From Octopus vulgaris (taxonomy: Eukaryota): a DNA stretch of 64,000 nt. Positions 42,211 to 55,728 of this stretch are shown here, piece after piece. The stretch is taken from NCBI GenBank assembly GCA_951406725.2, contig OX597817.1, positions 54,932,001-54,996,000 of the forward strand, in the 5' to 3' direction. Below the pieces are notes generated by a model. It ran no database searches. It saw nothing but the letters and a program-made list of their open reading frames with translations, and was not told the origin of the DNA. The first letter of the stretch is position 1. Each line of letters opens with the position of its first letter. The position numbers and the translations under genes are program-made.

Positions 42211-43272
42211 CATGTAGCTGTGTGGTAAGTAGCTTGCTTCAAACCACATTGTTCCGGGTTCAGTTCCTCTGTGTGGCACCTTGGGCAAGTGTCTTCTACT
42301 ATAGCTTCGGACCGACCAATTCTTTGTGAGTGGATTTCATGGACTGAAAATCAAAGAAGCTTGTCGTATGTATCTATCTGTCAATATATATTCTTTTACT
42401 TGTTTCAGTCATTTGACTGCGGCCATGGGGGAGCAATGCCTTTAGTCAAACAAATATAGCCCAGAACTTATTCTTTGTAAGCCTAGTACTTATACTATCG
42501 GTCTTGTATTTGCTGAACCGTTAAGTTACGGTGACGTAAACACACCGATGTCGGTTGTCAAGCGATGTTGGGTGTAGAAACACAGCCACACAAATACATA
42601 CGTACATACATACATATTACATATATATATATATATATATTAATCATTAAGTTAATTAGCTTAATTTAATTTAATTAAGCTAATTTAATCATTAATGACA
42701 CAGAAACGTTGCAACGTCTAAAAGATGAATTAGGGTAAATGTTTTTGAATTTTCACCTAATTTTTGAATTACTACTACTTGGCGGTGTGAGTTATGGCTG
42801 CTCTTTCTGGTGGACGAATGACCTGTTAGGGTCATTCCTAAATTGTTATATATATATATATATATATATGCGTGTGTGTGTGTGTGTGTATACGATGGCC
42901 TTATTTCAGTTTCCGTCTACCAAATCATCGCACAAGGCTTTGGTCGGCCCGAGGCTATAGTAGAAGAAACTTGCCCAATGTACCACGCGATGGGACTGAA
43001 CCCGGAACCATGTGGTTGGTAAGCAAGCTTCTTACCACACACCCATATTTTTCTATATGCACATGTTTGTGTGGTTGTGTTTGATCCCCATCCCACCCCA
43101 TCACCAACACCACCACCATCGCTTGACAACCAACTTAGCGGTTCGGCAAAATAGACGGACAGAATAATTACTAGGCTTACAAAGATTAAGTCCCAGGATT
43201 TGATTTGCTCGAATAAAGGCGGTGCTCCAGCATGGCCGCAGTCGCGTGACTGAAACAAGTACAAGAAAGAAT
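42211..43272 (+). mobile_element. SINE family B split by nested insertions (head 42211-42367, tail ~43060-43272)
   Basis: Head GTAGCTGTGTGGTAAG...GAAGCTTGTCGTA. The 3' half CATCGCTTGACAACC...GGCGGTGCTCCAGCATGGCCGCAG...ACTGAAACAAGT resumes after the inner element. Confidence 0.8.
42391..43042 (-). mobile_element. SINE family B nested inside another B copy, itself interrupted at ~42640-42846
   Basis: Tail at 42391-42600 and head at 42889-43042, separated by (TA)n and an unrelated AT-rich insert. Confidence 0.85.
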
Positions 43273-43440
43273 ATTCTGTGAACAAAGATTGGGTGGGAAT
43301 TGTTGAGTCAAAAGAGACCAAGATAACGTCTATAATCATTGTTGATTATTTACTTCGAAGTTTCTATCAACAATCTACACGTTAATATGCTGTGCAGTAG
43401 GACCATATCTTCTGAGCAGACTCATCTTTTTTCTTTAATC

Positions 43441-43850
43441 TCTTATTTGTTTCCGTCATACAATGCAGCCATGCTGGGGCACCGCCTTGAAGAATTTTAG
43501 TCGAAGGAATCGAGTGGTATCGATAATTTTTTTTTTTCGTAAAGCCTGGTATTTATTCTATTGGTTTCTTTTACCGAACGGCTAACTTACGAGGACGTAA
43601 ACATAGCGACACCGGTTGTCAAGCGGTGGGGAGTGAGGAACACAGACACTAATACACACAGACAGATACACACACATATACATACATACAGAAGCGCGCG
43701 CACACACTCACATATACACACACTTCTTCGAGGACGCGATTCTTTCAGTTTCTACCTATCAATTTCACACAGAAGACACCCACCCAAATGTCGCGCAGTG
43801 GGACTGAACCCTGAACCGTATGGCTGGGAAGCAAGCTCCTTACCACACAT
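43441..43850 (-). mobile_element. SINE family B (diverged)
   Basis: GCAGCCATGCTGGGGCACCGCC tail; GTGGGACTGAACCCTGAACC head. Confidence 0.82.
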
Positions 43851-44964
43851 CCACGTCTGACGCAAACCCAGCAACACCGATTGCCTAGCGTTGGTGAGAG
43901 AGAAACAAAGACACTAACAAATACATACACACACATACATACACATGCATACAGATGCCCGTGCACAGATTCACATGTACACACACATATACCGCACAGC
44001 CACGTCTACTCATATCTTATGCTAAATTTTCCTAAAACTCATCTCCATCTTATTTTCTCCTGTTTAAGTCTACCAGCCAATACCATGGCTGTCCTCCACT
44101 TCTTTCTTTTGCTTTATTGTTATATACACTCACCTTCCTGCTTTATTTAGCTCCAGGCCTTTTATATTTTTGCAACTTAGCACGTTATATAAATTTAGTT
44201 TGCCGACTACAATTTTGAAAAGCTGGTCATTGCGAAACTTCGAAGCAAACATACACGATTGATTATAGTCATACAGCCACTCACACGTACGCACATACAT
44301 GCAGACGCACGCGAGCAAACACACACATACACAATCATTCAAAGATACATAACGTAACTAGATAATTATGCCTTTGTTATTTGTTCCTGCGGAAAGATTT
44401 AAATTTCAGGTAGTAACCTTTAAAACTGCCTTCAATCATACCAACGTAGATCGTTCCTCTATACCTAAATTCCATCAAAGCCCTGAATTTCGCTTCCTAT
44501 ATAACAGCTTTCATAAAAAAATATGGTTCCCATTCATTTACTAACCGCTATCTGGAGGGTTTTATGCATTAATCCGCCTTCTAACTATTGTTATTAATAG
44601 CAATTATAATCTCTCCGGTGCAGTTTATGCAGTTGTAGATAAACTTGTTTACAACTTCAGTGAAATATTCTAATTTATGATGATCAGAAATGATTAAATT
44701 AACGATTATTTATTTATTAACTACCGCTTCGATGTTACAATATTTATTTGATCTTACACTGAAGCTAGATATAAAGAGAAACATTAAATCCTTCATTGTG
44801 AGAGATTGAGTGAGAGTAACTCTTTTGGTTTATCAGACGATAAGCTTTTGATATACTCACGCTCAACTCTACGATTTTTGAAAACATTAGAAAGTTGCGT
44901 ATCGAAATAAAATAAATTTTTGTAAGACTTTCTAAAAATATATTCAGTATAGATTGTCAGAACA

Positions 44965-45166
44965 AGGCGACGAGCTGGCGGAATCGTTACTACGCTAGGC
45001 AAAATGCTAAACAGTATTTCGTCCATTTTTATGTTCTGAGTTCAAATACCGCCGATGTCGAGTTTGCCTTTCATCCCTTTTGAGGTACGATAAAATATGT
45101 ACCAGCTGAGTTCTAGGGTCTCCTTGTCTCGACGAGCTGGCCTTGGGCCAAAATTTGAAATCAATA
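44965..45166 (+). mobile_element. SINE family A (alternative tail)
   Basis: GGCGACGAGCTGGCGGAATCGTTA...GAGTTCAAATA...GGCCTTGGGCCAAAATTTGAAA. Confidence 0.8.
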
Positions 45167-45251
45167 TAGATTGGCACAACATGCTAAATCCTTCCAACAC
45201 TTATATAAATATTTTACAACTTCTCTGTCCAAGCATATATGGAATTTAATG

Positions 45252-46018
45252 TATGATAGGAATCAAAAGCACTTAGTCTATTACAAAACAAGTGTATGCT
45301 GTAGTCTGCGATTTTTGTCATAGACAGGAAGTTGGAACAGAAAAACCAACGGGGAAATTTGCGTTAAACTTGGTAAAGTCTGCTACAGTTACATTTAACA
45401 TGTTTCGCAATGCTTATGGTTACGAGACAATGGGTTGTACGCAATGATTCCAGTGGCAGAGGCACTTCAAAAGCGGAAGAACGATGGTGGAAGACGATGA
45501 TTGATCTGTAAGACTTGCTACGAGCGTCACTACCGGGAATGTGGCAAAAATTCATCAGCTTGAGCATGAGTATCGTCGGAAGACAAACAACGACATCATG
45601 GATGTTGTTGGTCTGTCGTATGGCTCCATGCAGGTAATCCTAACGTTAGACTGTCACGACGACACTGCACGCTGTCACAGTGCTCACCTCACTCGTGGAT
45701 TTCTCAGCAAAAACCACATGGTATCATGCCCGCACACACCTTATTCACCAAATTTAGTACATGCGGACTTCTATCTCTTCCCCAACAAAAAATTGCAGTT
45801 CAAAGGTCGACGGTTTAACACCGTTGTCCAGATCAAGATAGAATCGGAGAAGGTCCTCGTCTCGATGACAGAAAACAACGTTCAGACCGGATTCCAAAAC
45901 TGGCAGGACCTCTGGGACATGCGGATTGGTGTTCAAGTAGATGATGTTAAAATTTAAGTAAATAAGTTACTTTTTATTAAATATAATCAATCTCAGAACA
46001 CTTTGATACCACTTCGTA
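45252..46018 (+). mobile_element. Decayed, internally deleted mariner transposon
   Basis: ICVKLGKSAT...HFKSGRTMVEDD HTH region; HDDTARCH, HTPYSPNLVHADFYLF, KGRRF catalytic motifs. Right TIR ...ACTTTGATACCACTTCGTA; left boundary uncertain. Confidence 0.85.
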
Positions 46019-46144
46019 TACATGTATACACATAAGTTAAAAAATTAATAAAAAAAAACGTGGAAAAAGACAAGAAAAAAAACAACGCGACAATATAGCT
46101 CATGCAAAGTATTAACAAGACGGTCAGGGAAGGAAAGAAAGGGT

Positions 46145-46179
46145 GTTTTATGTTTCGAGAAAAACGCTTCTTCAGAAAC
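46145..46179 (-). ncRNA. Degenerate minimal hammerhead, same family as 39015 (element ~46040-46252)
   Basis: gttt-CTGAAGA-A-GCG-TTTTT-CTC-GAAACATA-aaac. Flank GAGGAAAAAAATCGCCAAC shared with 39085-39101. Confidence 0.6.
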
Positions 46180-46259
46180 AGGAGACAGAGGAAAGTCCAA
46201 GAGAAAAGGGAGACAGAGGAAAAAAATCGCCAACAATACACATGTAAATATATTTTGGA

Positions 46260-46316
<57 letters not shown>

Positions 46317-46324
46317 TATATGTA

Positions 46325-46372
<48 letters not shown>

Positions 46373-46404
46373 CATGTAAATATATTTTGAAATATATATA
46401 TATG

Positions 46405-46628
<224 letters not shown>

Positions 46629-47513
46629 CACACACACTCATAAACATACCGGTACATGTATGCATGCATTCTCTGTACTTCTTACCTTAAACATTCCTTA
46701 AATCATAAACATAAAGGCTTACCAATTCATATGTCTACTTAACTCTATGAACATTGCTAATACTCACACACATGTATATACACCACACTAAAGTAGGTCT
46801 ATATATTATATTTAAAGGATATTCATATATGCTTGATCAAATAAACACACGTGTATACAAATACACACATATACATCTACATACACACACACACGCACAC
46901 ACACACACACACACACACATACACACACACATATATATATATACTGAGAGAAAGAGAGATTATGAGCTATACAGACATACATGCACATATATATATATAT
47001 ATATGTATGTATGTATGTATGTATATTTATTAAGTTTACTTGTCTATAGAGGCCATGTGTTTTATTGGTTCGCTTTCTATCGATCTCAGTATGCCGATGG
47101 GTGTATGTGCATTATAAATTAAAATTGATTAAAAACTTCTCCCCTTTCTTTCCAATCCATACAACAAAAGAGAGAAAAGCCCTTTTTAAGAATCGCAAAT
47201 TAATTAGAGTTTTAAGAGAAGCCAAAGGGTAGATTGTGTATATATGTGTGTGTGTGTCTGTGTGTCGGTGTGGGTTGGTGTGTATGCTTGTGCTGCACTG
47301 AATGGACTGGCTACGTCTGTGTGTGTGTGTGTGTGTAAGGAGAAAGAGAGAGTAACATATACAGAGAAATAGAGAAAGAGAGAAAGAGAATGCAGGAGGT
47401 TGTTAGATGCATACATATTTGTATAACTGTTTTATATGACGTATTATGTATATACACATATATATGTATATATTGTTCTATTTTCATTTTTTATTTTTGT
47501 ATTTATATATATA

Positions 47514-47900
47514 CTAGCCGTATCGCCCGGCGTTGCTCAGGTTTGTAAGGGAAATAACTATAAAGCATTTTTAGAGAGTTATAGCAAAAAAAATAGCCAA
47601 AAAATGGAAAAAAATGATGGTAAATTTTTTTTTGAGAGTTAAAAAAGGTGGAGTTGCGTCCCCTAGACAGTTTGTGGTTTGTGTTTCTGATTCTCGACCC
47701 CATGTCGAATTTATCGGGTTTTTTTCAGAACTGGGGGAACTTTTCAAAATTTTCGCTGCGTTAGTTTTGAATTATGACATTGGGCTATGTGTGTGTCAAG
47801 TTTCATCAGAATCGGTTGAAAGCCGTGGTCAGGGTGAGGGTACGAGCAAACAGACACTCAGAAACACGCACAGACAAACTGCCGTTTATATAGAGAGAGA
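47514..47900 (-). mobile_element. Non-autonomous Helitron
   Basis: Minus strand 5' TCTCTCTCTATATAAAC followed by CTGT-rich repeats; 3' GC hairpin CCTGAGCAACGCCGGG then CTAG. Inserted between A and T, no TSD. Confidence 0.8.
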
Positions 47901-47928
47901 TGTATATGCATCTCTCTCTCTCTCTCTC

Positions 47929-47987
<59 letters not shown>

Positions 47988-48069
47988 GTATAGATAGATA
48001 GAGAGAGAGAGAGATAGAGATTGATAGGTAGATAGATAGATAAAATAGATAGATAAGATAGACAGTTAG

Positions 48070-48185
<116 letters not shown>

Positions 48186-48687
48186 GGCATATTCATGTAT
48201 CTAAGCCTGGAAAGAAAAAAAGATGTTCTGCACGCACCCTGATTAACATATATTGAGCACACAGTTATTTCTTCATTATTGTTTTCTTCCTCATTATCAA
48301 CAATGGGTCTGTTCATATTTTTTTTCTGAACATTTGCCACTCCTGATAATTCCGATTGGTTGCATATTTGTCGAGATCTTTCTTTTTCTCTCTCTACCCA
48401 TCTTTTCTGTAGACCCATCCATGCACGTGTGTATATGTATATTATTCTTAAGCAAGAATGTTAGTTATCGTTCGACGATGGTTTGGCGCTCCGAAAATTG
48501 TAAACAATAATATTTTTGTTTAAAAGTGAAACAATTGTACTCTACAATCTTGTAGAGTACTCCATCAGATTAATACAAAATTATTTTTAATTATATACAC
48601 CTTCATGGGGTATACCTGTGTATAATTATGTTGCTTTATTTATGGCTGTGTAAAAACATGAATGTCAAGTGAATTCGATTTTGTACG

Positions 48688-48735
48688 CTGCACCCTTAAG
48701 GGTTTCGGTTCGGTTTATATCCTTCATCGGAGAGA
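48688..48735 (-). ncRNA. Degenerate hammerhead with a 12-bp palindromic helix III
   Basis: tctct-CCGATGA-A-GG...CC-GAAACCCTTAAGGGT-g; cleavage-site base is G (non-canonical). Confidence 0.45.
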
Positions 48736-49217
48736 ATGGTTAAGCAATACTTATTTTAGATAAGTTATGAAATAGAGAGTGAGAGGAATGAAAATAGACG
48801 TGAGATATACAGGGATATTGCATTTATAGATTCATTATTTAGGCAGAATGGTATACATGTAAGATTCCAGTACCTTGTGAGTATATTCTAATAGTATTTA
48901 AAATTGGTCATTCCAAGTATAGAGTTTGTAAATAGTGCTATTAAATCGAGGGTTTATTTAAAGTGACCTAAATGTGTGGTATGTATTTGTAAGGTCAAAT
49001 CGAAAACAGGAAGAGAGGAAAAAAAGGAAAAAGAAAGAAAAGAAAAAAGAAAAGCAAGGAGAGAGATAAAAAGATGAAGAAAGAGAAAGTGTACCAGTTA
49101 GTGGTCAGTCAAGATAAATTGATAGTTAGAGTGAGAGGCGAGGGTGATTGAGAGAGAAAGATAGGAGCATGTAAAATGATGATAGGGTAAAGAGTAAAGG
49201 AGTGTCAGATAGAAGGA

Positions 49218-49254
<37 letters not shown>

Positions 49255-49456
49255 CAACAGAAGCGGTGTGAACGCCATTAGGCTATCGTTATATACAGAT
49301 TAACGAAGATGTATTGTCAAGGCTGAATACTGTGTTGTTTACGTTGAGAACACCACTCATGGTTTTGCATCGTGCATAAAAGCACAGATATGGATGACAG
49401 ACGAGAAATTCACGTCTGAAGATGCACAAACACACACACACACACACACACATACA

Positions 49457-49499
<43 letters not shown>

Positions 49500-50264
49500 A
49501 CACGTACTCACGTGTAATTTCCCGAGTTTAATTCAGCAAAGTCGTAACTAAGTTTTGAGAACAACTTTCTCTTTTACTGACATAAAAACGTGAATAACAT
49601 ATTTACAATTCTTCCTCTCATTTGTCAGATTTCTCCTTATCTAGGAGATTGGTAAAGTGGGATTTGGAAGCCAATGCCGGTTCCATTTTCTACTTTGTCT
49701 ACAGAAATATCCAAGATATATTTGTGTCAATCATTGTTACTTCTCATCTATACAATTTTCATTTTACTTTATTTATTAGAAACCTGCTGTTTTCATTTCA
49801 AATCCTGTTTTACTTATCTACTATAAAAACTTTTCCCTGCATGTCTTCGACTTGACCAGATATAGCCGTTTCTAAAAACACGCAATTATTTCTCTTTCCT
49901 GTAAGTTTCATTAGTCTTATCCATTTTGGATAAAAACAATAACTGTTTACTTCTTTCATTTGACAGGTTTGTTTCTTCTAGTATAACATTTCACGGAGAG
50001 AATTTTTAAAAAGTTCTCTTTAATTTCAAAGAGATACCGCATCCTGCTTTGTATTGTTTTACCGTTTTCTCGTTCCGGCATGCTTTTATCTTTTGCGTCT
50101 TTCCAGCAAGGCAACGTTTCGTCTTCCTAACACGATTCAAGATACACTGCTTTTCAGTGTTGTGGATAGATATTTTATGTAGGAAGAAAAAGTGTGGAAA
50201 AGAAAATTGAATGACATTTATGCATTTTGCATATATCTATTCAAATATGCACACGCACATATGT

Positions 50265-50309
<45 letters not shown>

Positions 50310-50435
50310 TGTGTATGTGTGTGTGTGTGTATGTATATATATATACATCTATATATATACACATATAAATGTATATGAATACGTGTGTATACAATACAAT
50401 ATATATATTATATATACAAAACCATATATATATAT

Positions 50436-50812
50436 ATATATAAGAAAATAGTAAAGTGTGAAAAAACGACAGAAGGCTTAAATGTTAAAAAATATATATA
50501 TTTGTGTCAAAATGTCTGGAGAATATTGGAAAATCTTTTTTTTTTTTTTTTTTTTTTCCCCTTTCCTTAAAATGACATAATTTAAAAATTTTTTAAAGAA
50601 ATTACCGGTTTCGCGTGTAACAAGAAATTTGAAAAGCTACACGCGAAACCGGTAATTTCTTTAAAAAATTTTTAAATTATGTCATTTTAAGGAAAGGGGG
50701 GGAAAAAAAAAAAATTTTCCAATATTCTCCAGACATTTTGACACAAATATATATATTTTTTAACATTTAAGCCTTCTGTCGTTTTTTCACACTTTACTAT
50801 TTTCTTATATAT
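50436..50812. repeat. ~180-bp-arm inverted repeat (Penelope pLTR-like head-to-head duplication)
   Basis: 50436-50619 is the reverse complement of 50638-50812, with an 18-nt spacer. Differences are mainly in homopolymer runs. Confidence 0.93.
50622..50661 (+). ncRNA. Complete minimal type I hammerhead, U3-A8 covariant core
   Basis: aagaaat-TTGAAAA-GC-TACAC-GC-GAAACCGGTA-atttctt: perfect 7-bp helix I, 2-bp helix II, palindromic ACCGGT helix III, GUA cleavage triplet. Confidence 0.7.
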
Positions 50813-50865
50813 TCACCCACGTGCTTTACCAAACAAACTTTCTTATCTATATATATATATATCTA

Positions 50866-50910
<45 letters not shown>

Positions 50911-50927
50911 CCTTTTAAAGCCTAGCC

Positions 50928-52142
50928 AGTTCCCGCCGCCTTTTAAAGTTTTTGAATTTATTGCTTTTTTAAATTTTTGAATCTATTTTCTTCGAGAATT
51001 CTATTTTTTGAATCATTTTGGAATCTATTTCGTTTTTTTCTAATTAATTTTATTTAATTTTTTGTTTATTTTCATATCATTAAAATAGATATCAATATAA
51101 GGAAAACGTGCATTTTCGACACCTCCTTCTTCTTGCTTTTAATCAAAGTTCTAAGGCCGAAAAAGCTGGTCGCGATATTTGTGCCGTGTATGGAGAGGGT
51201 GCCATAGCTGAAATAACTGCAAGTAATTGGTATGCCAATTTCAAAAATTGAATTTTTGACATCACAGACGCACTTCGTTCTGGTCGTCCACTTGAGTTCG
51301 ATGAAGAGCGATTAAACTAACTTTTGCACGAACATTCTCGTCAAACGACAAGGGAACTGGCAGAGGAAATGAAATATTACCACACTGCTATAGAGAAGCA
51401 TCTTCACTCGATGGGAAAGGTTCAGAAGTATGGGGCATGGGTTCCGCATGCTTTAAGTAACAACAACGAAAAATCAACGTGCCACAATCTCTGCCCTCTT
51501 TGCTTGCTCGTCACCGCTCAACTCATGGACACAAGCAATGATTTCTTTACTGAATCGTTACTGGTGACGAAAAATGAATGGCTTAGCCACGGTAAAACAA
51601 GCGACACCGCGTGTGAAACAAGATCTTCATCTGCGCAAATCGATGTTGTGCGTATGGTGGGACTGGGAAGGGATTATCTATTACGAATTGCTCGAACAGA
51701 ACCAATCGGTCAACTAGGAACGACTCAACACGGCTATTCAAGAGAAAAGACCTAATCGTCAGCATAGAGTTCTGCTGCACGACAACGCCTGCCCTCATAT
51801 CACCAATATGACAAAGGAAGCCATTCGAACGCATGGCTGGGAAATGCTGCCACACCCGCGTAGTCTCCTGATTTGGCACCAACGGATTTCCACCTCTTTC
51901 GATCTCTTTCAAATGCAATGCGTGGAGTTTCATTCGGTAATGATGCAGAATTGAAAGCTTGGTTGGATCAATTTTTCGAGTCGAAATCAGGTGATTTCTA
52001 CCAACGAGGTATTGAAAAGCTTGTTGAATGTTGATAAGAAGTTGTAAACAACAAGGGTGAATACATTATTTATTAATTAGTTGTTATTTTTTATTAGAAA
52101 ATTTAAATTAAAAAATCGGCGGGAACTTAGTTGCCAACCCAA
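50928..52142 (+). mobile_element. Near full-length mariner transposon pseudogene
   Basis: HFRHLLL...RDICAVYGEGAI...RSGRPLEFDEE, WVPHAL, VTGDEK, LLHDNACPH, SPDLAPTDFHLF, with stops and frameshifts. Right TIR CGGCGGGAACTTAGTTGCCAACCCAA-TA; left TIR reduced to AGTTCCCGCCG. Confidence 0.92.
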
Positions 52143-52215
52143 TATATATACACATACATATAAATAATGTATATGTATATGTGTGTATATAATACATATT
52201 TTGTGTATATATATA

Positions 52216-52246
<31 letters not shown>

Positions 52247-52599
52247 CATATATGATAGTCTATATATGTGTGGGGGGGGGTATGTGTGTGCGTGCATGTG
52301 TGTGTGTATGTGTGTATGTATAAAACTTATGAGCCGCGGGGCGCAATATACTCCATACATATATTGCTAGAAATACGAGTTAAATCACTCATAGCGGCGT
52401 AGAAGTACATTTATACACACTGACAAGGTAGATAACTGTCCGATGATCGAAGCAAAGCTAGAACACTAGATTGCACAGACTCATCCTAATGGGATCTATT
52501 GCTGGGCAAGCCTCCAGAGCTTGGTCCAGTAAAAAGAAAAAGAAAAACAAACAAATAACACCATAGCCAATCATTAAATGACAGCAGATTCGTAGATCT

Positions 52600-53210
52600 A
52601 CAATGCAGATCAAAAATTCCTCAGCAAAATATCAGAAAAAATATAATCTAATTCATTCGAACCTTCAGCGAGAGCATAATATATGTGCGTTACTCACAGA
52701 AACCATTTTAGCATTAATCAGAAAGCACTTTCCAACCAAACATATGCGAGCAAATTTTTCTGTTGGGACAATACAACAGATAGTTAAAGTTGCACAATGA
52801 TCTTCAAACCTAATATTTGATGCTTAAATAGCAGCACACCAAGGTACACGCAACAGAAAATTACACAAACTTAAGTACTTGAAAATTGCGTAGAAACTGC
52901 CGAGGACTAGACATAGACTTTAAAGTAAAAGTAACTCAAGAGTTACTAAAATCACGCACATACAATTTGGATCATAAATAATAGAAACATAATGTCCTCT
53001 TCTCACTACGTCTCCGAATTAAAAAGAAATAAAATAGCAACAACCGTAAAATGCTAATATTTGACTGTACTCATTGGTACATAAATAATTTGAGATCTGT
53101 CTTCTGTGCTTTATCGTAAAATACAACATTGAGACACTAAGCGCACGGATAGTAAGAAATCAAAGCAAAATTATCTCACGTTACAGAGACCAAAGTAAAT
53201 TCATCTTCAG
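52600..53210 (+). mobile_element. Decayed Penelope-like element ORF C-terminal half
   Basis: ILALIRKHFPTKH (compare FLxLIDKHFPxxH), SHYVSELKRNKIATTVKC (compare SxYIWELK...IKW), NQSKIISRYRDQSKF (compare NKRSELISKCRHxNKF). Confidence 0.6.
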
Positions 53211-53250
53211 GAAATGGTGTGAAATTTAAACAGGACAACATCCACACAAG

Positions 53251-53314
<64 letters not shown>

Positions 53315-53571
53315 TACACACGCAGAATTAGATATTGGCACTCTTTCACTCGACCCACAAACAACCCACATTTAACATCCACTTCACTGTGTACACCTAT
53401 ACATACACCCGGAGATGCAAACAAGAGCAAGTGTTATACACAAACATGGACACACATACTTAAATGTAGGTAAATGTAAAAGACAATATAAAATTCATGT
53501 AACCAGAGAAAATTGACGTATTCGATCCGAAATAATAGAAAATACTCACAAACGGTGCACACAAGTAAAAT

Positions 53572-53988
53572 GTTCTTCTCTACTCTAGGCAGAAGGCCCG
53601 AAATTTTGGGGAACAGAGGCAGTCGATTAGATCTACCCCATTACGCAACTTTTACTTAATTCATCAATCACGAAAGGATGAAAGGGAAAGGTGACCTCGG
53701 CGGAATTTGAACTCAGAACGTAAAGATGGACGAAATACCATTAAGCAATTCGCGCGGCGTGGTAACGTTTCTTATTTCTTTATTGTCCACAAGGAGCATA
53801 GAGGACAGACAAAGGGATTTAGTCGATTAAGTCGACCCCAGGGCATAACTGGTACTTAATTTATCGACCCCGAAACGATGAAAGACAAAGTCGACCTCGG
53901 CGGAATTCGAACTGAGAACGTAACGGCAGATGAAATACCGCTACGCATTTCGCCCGGTGTGCTAACGTTTCTGCCAGCTCGCCGCCTT
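53572..53988 (-). mobile_element. Two adjacent SINE family A units (both tail types)
   Basis: Two cores at 53640-53770 and 53820-53988. Confidence 0.85.
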
Positions 53989-54119
53989 CACACAAGCAAA
54001 TATTAAAACCCTTCATATTTGAGCAAACAAATGTCAAACACACACACAAACAAACAACCCCCCACACATGAAGTGAAATATACTAGCAAGCTGTCTTCCA
54101 TCAACCAACAATTCTAATA

Positions 54120-54472
54120 CCAGTTCTAAATTTTAGCACAAAGCCAGCAATTTTCATAGGAGTTGATAAGTCAATTACATTGACACCAGTGTACAACTGG
54201 TATTGTTTTATCGACCCCGAAAGGATGAAAGGCAAAATCAACCTCGGAGTAAACTGAACTCAGATCGTAAAGACGAACAAAATGCTTAGCCGTATTTTGT
54301 CCGACGTGCTAATGATTTGGCCAGTAAGCCGCCTTAATGAAGATGCCTATAGCACCTGTGTTGCCCAAGAAGGAAAAGTCAACCTTGGTGGAAATTGTGC
54401 TCAGGACGTAAAGACGGACGAATCGCCGCTAAGCATTCTGTCCTGTGTGCTAATAATTCGGCCCTCAAGCCT
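54120..54472 (-). mobile_element. Degenerate SINE family A copies
   Basis: ATCGACCCCGAAAGGATGAAAGGCAAAATCAACCTCGG, plus a second partial head at 54365-54472. Confidence 0.75.
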
Positions 54473-54994
54473 TCTTTTACAACAAATGCAGTATCCGTTT
54501 CCATCAGAGACAATAGGAAATATTCATAAAAGATGGACTTTTACAAAACCAAATAATTATTTCTAGCGAATGAAATAGACTCAGTCAAAATAAATAAATA
54601 AATAAATAAGAGATAAATCCTTTACAACCAAATAATGCTTAAGTAGATTAGCAGATAAATCAGCCAGTAAATAACTTTATAAACTAAAATAATTCCCCCT
54701 GAACTCGGTAAAAATAAAAGAAAAGAAAAGGTATTATATATAATTCTTAGTGACAATTTAAATGTAAATAAATATTATGAACCAGCTTCAAAAGAGACCA
54801 CAATAGAGACGTAGAAAAGCAACTACTAAAGAGCAAACCAGAAAAACTGATATAGCAAACCACAAAGTAGGGGACATGTTTCAAATCCAAGCATTTATCT
54901 CGAAAAGGGATATTTTCCACCACTGGATATCGCTGTGGTGCCAAAGTAGTGTCACGTGATGAATATTCAGTTCATTTAAAAAAGAAGCGATGCG

Positions 54995-55186
54995 GAGTGA
55001 TGGCAGAAGTGTTTAGCGGCATTTAGTCCGTTTTTACATTCTCGTTTCAAATTCTGACGAAGTCGACATTGCCTTCCATCAATTCGGGGTCGATTAAGTA
55101 AGTGCCATTTGAAGACTGGTGTCGCTGTAATCGGCTAACCCGTTCCTCCAATGTTACTAGCCATGTACCAATCTTGGAAGCCAATA
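54995..55186 (+). mobile_element. Degenerate SINE family A
   Basis: GTCGACATTGCCTTCCATCAATTCGGGGTCGAT core. Confidence 0.7.
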
Positions 55187-55280
55187 TAGACAATATACTC
55201 TACTACTTGTACTGAGTGCTCTTCTCATTCGCTCAACATGTACGCGTACGCGCGTATATATATATATATATATATATATA

Positions 55281-55514
55281 TACTCTTTTACACTTTACTC
55301 TTTTACTCGTTTCAGTCATTTGAGTGCGGCCATGCCGGAGCACTGCCTTTAGTCGAGCAAATCAACCCCCAGGACTTATACTTTGTAAACCTAGTACTTA
55401 TTCTATCGGTTTCTTTTGCCGAACCGCTAAGTTACGGGGACGTAAACACACCAGCATCGGTTGTCAAGCGATGTTGGGGGGGACGAACACAGACATACAA
55501 ACATATACACACAC

Positions 55515-55575
<61 letters not shown>

Positions 55576-55728
55576 CGACGTGCTTCTTTCAGTTTCCGTC
55601 AACCAAATCCACTCATAAGGCTTTGGTCGGCCCGAGGCTATAGTAAATGACACTTGCCTAAGGTGTCACACAGTGGGACCGAACCCGGCAGCATGTGGTT
55701 GGGAGGCAAGCTACTTACCACACAACCA
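55281..55728 (-). mobile_element. SINE family B
   Basis: Matches 7495-7910, including the internal microsatellite. Confidence 0.9.
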
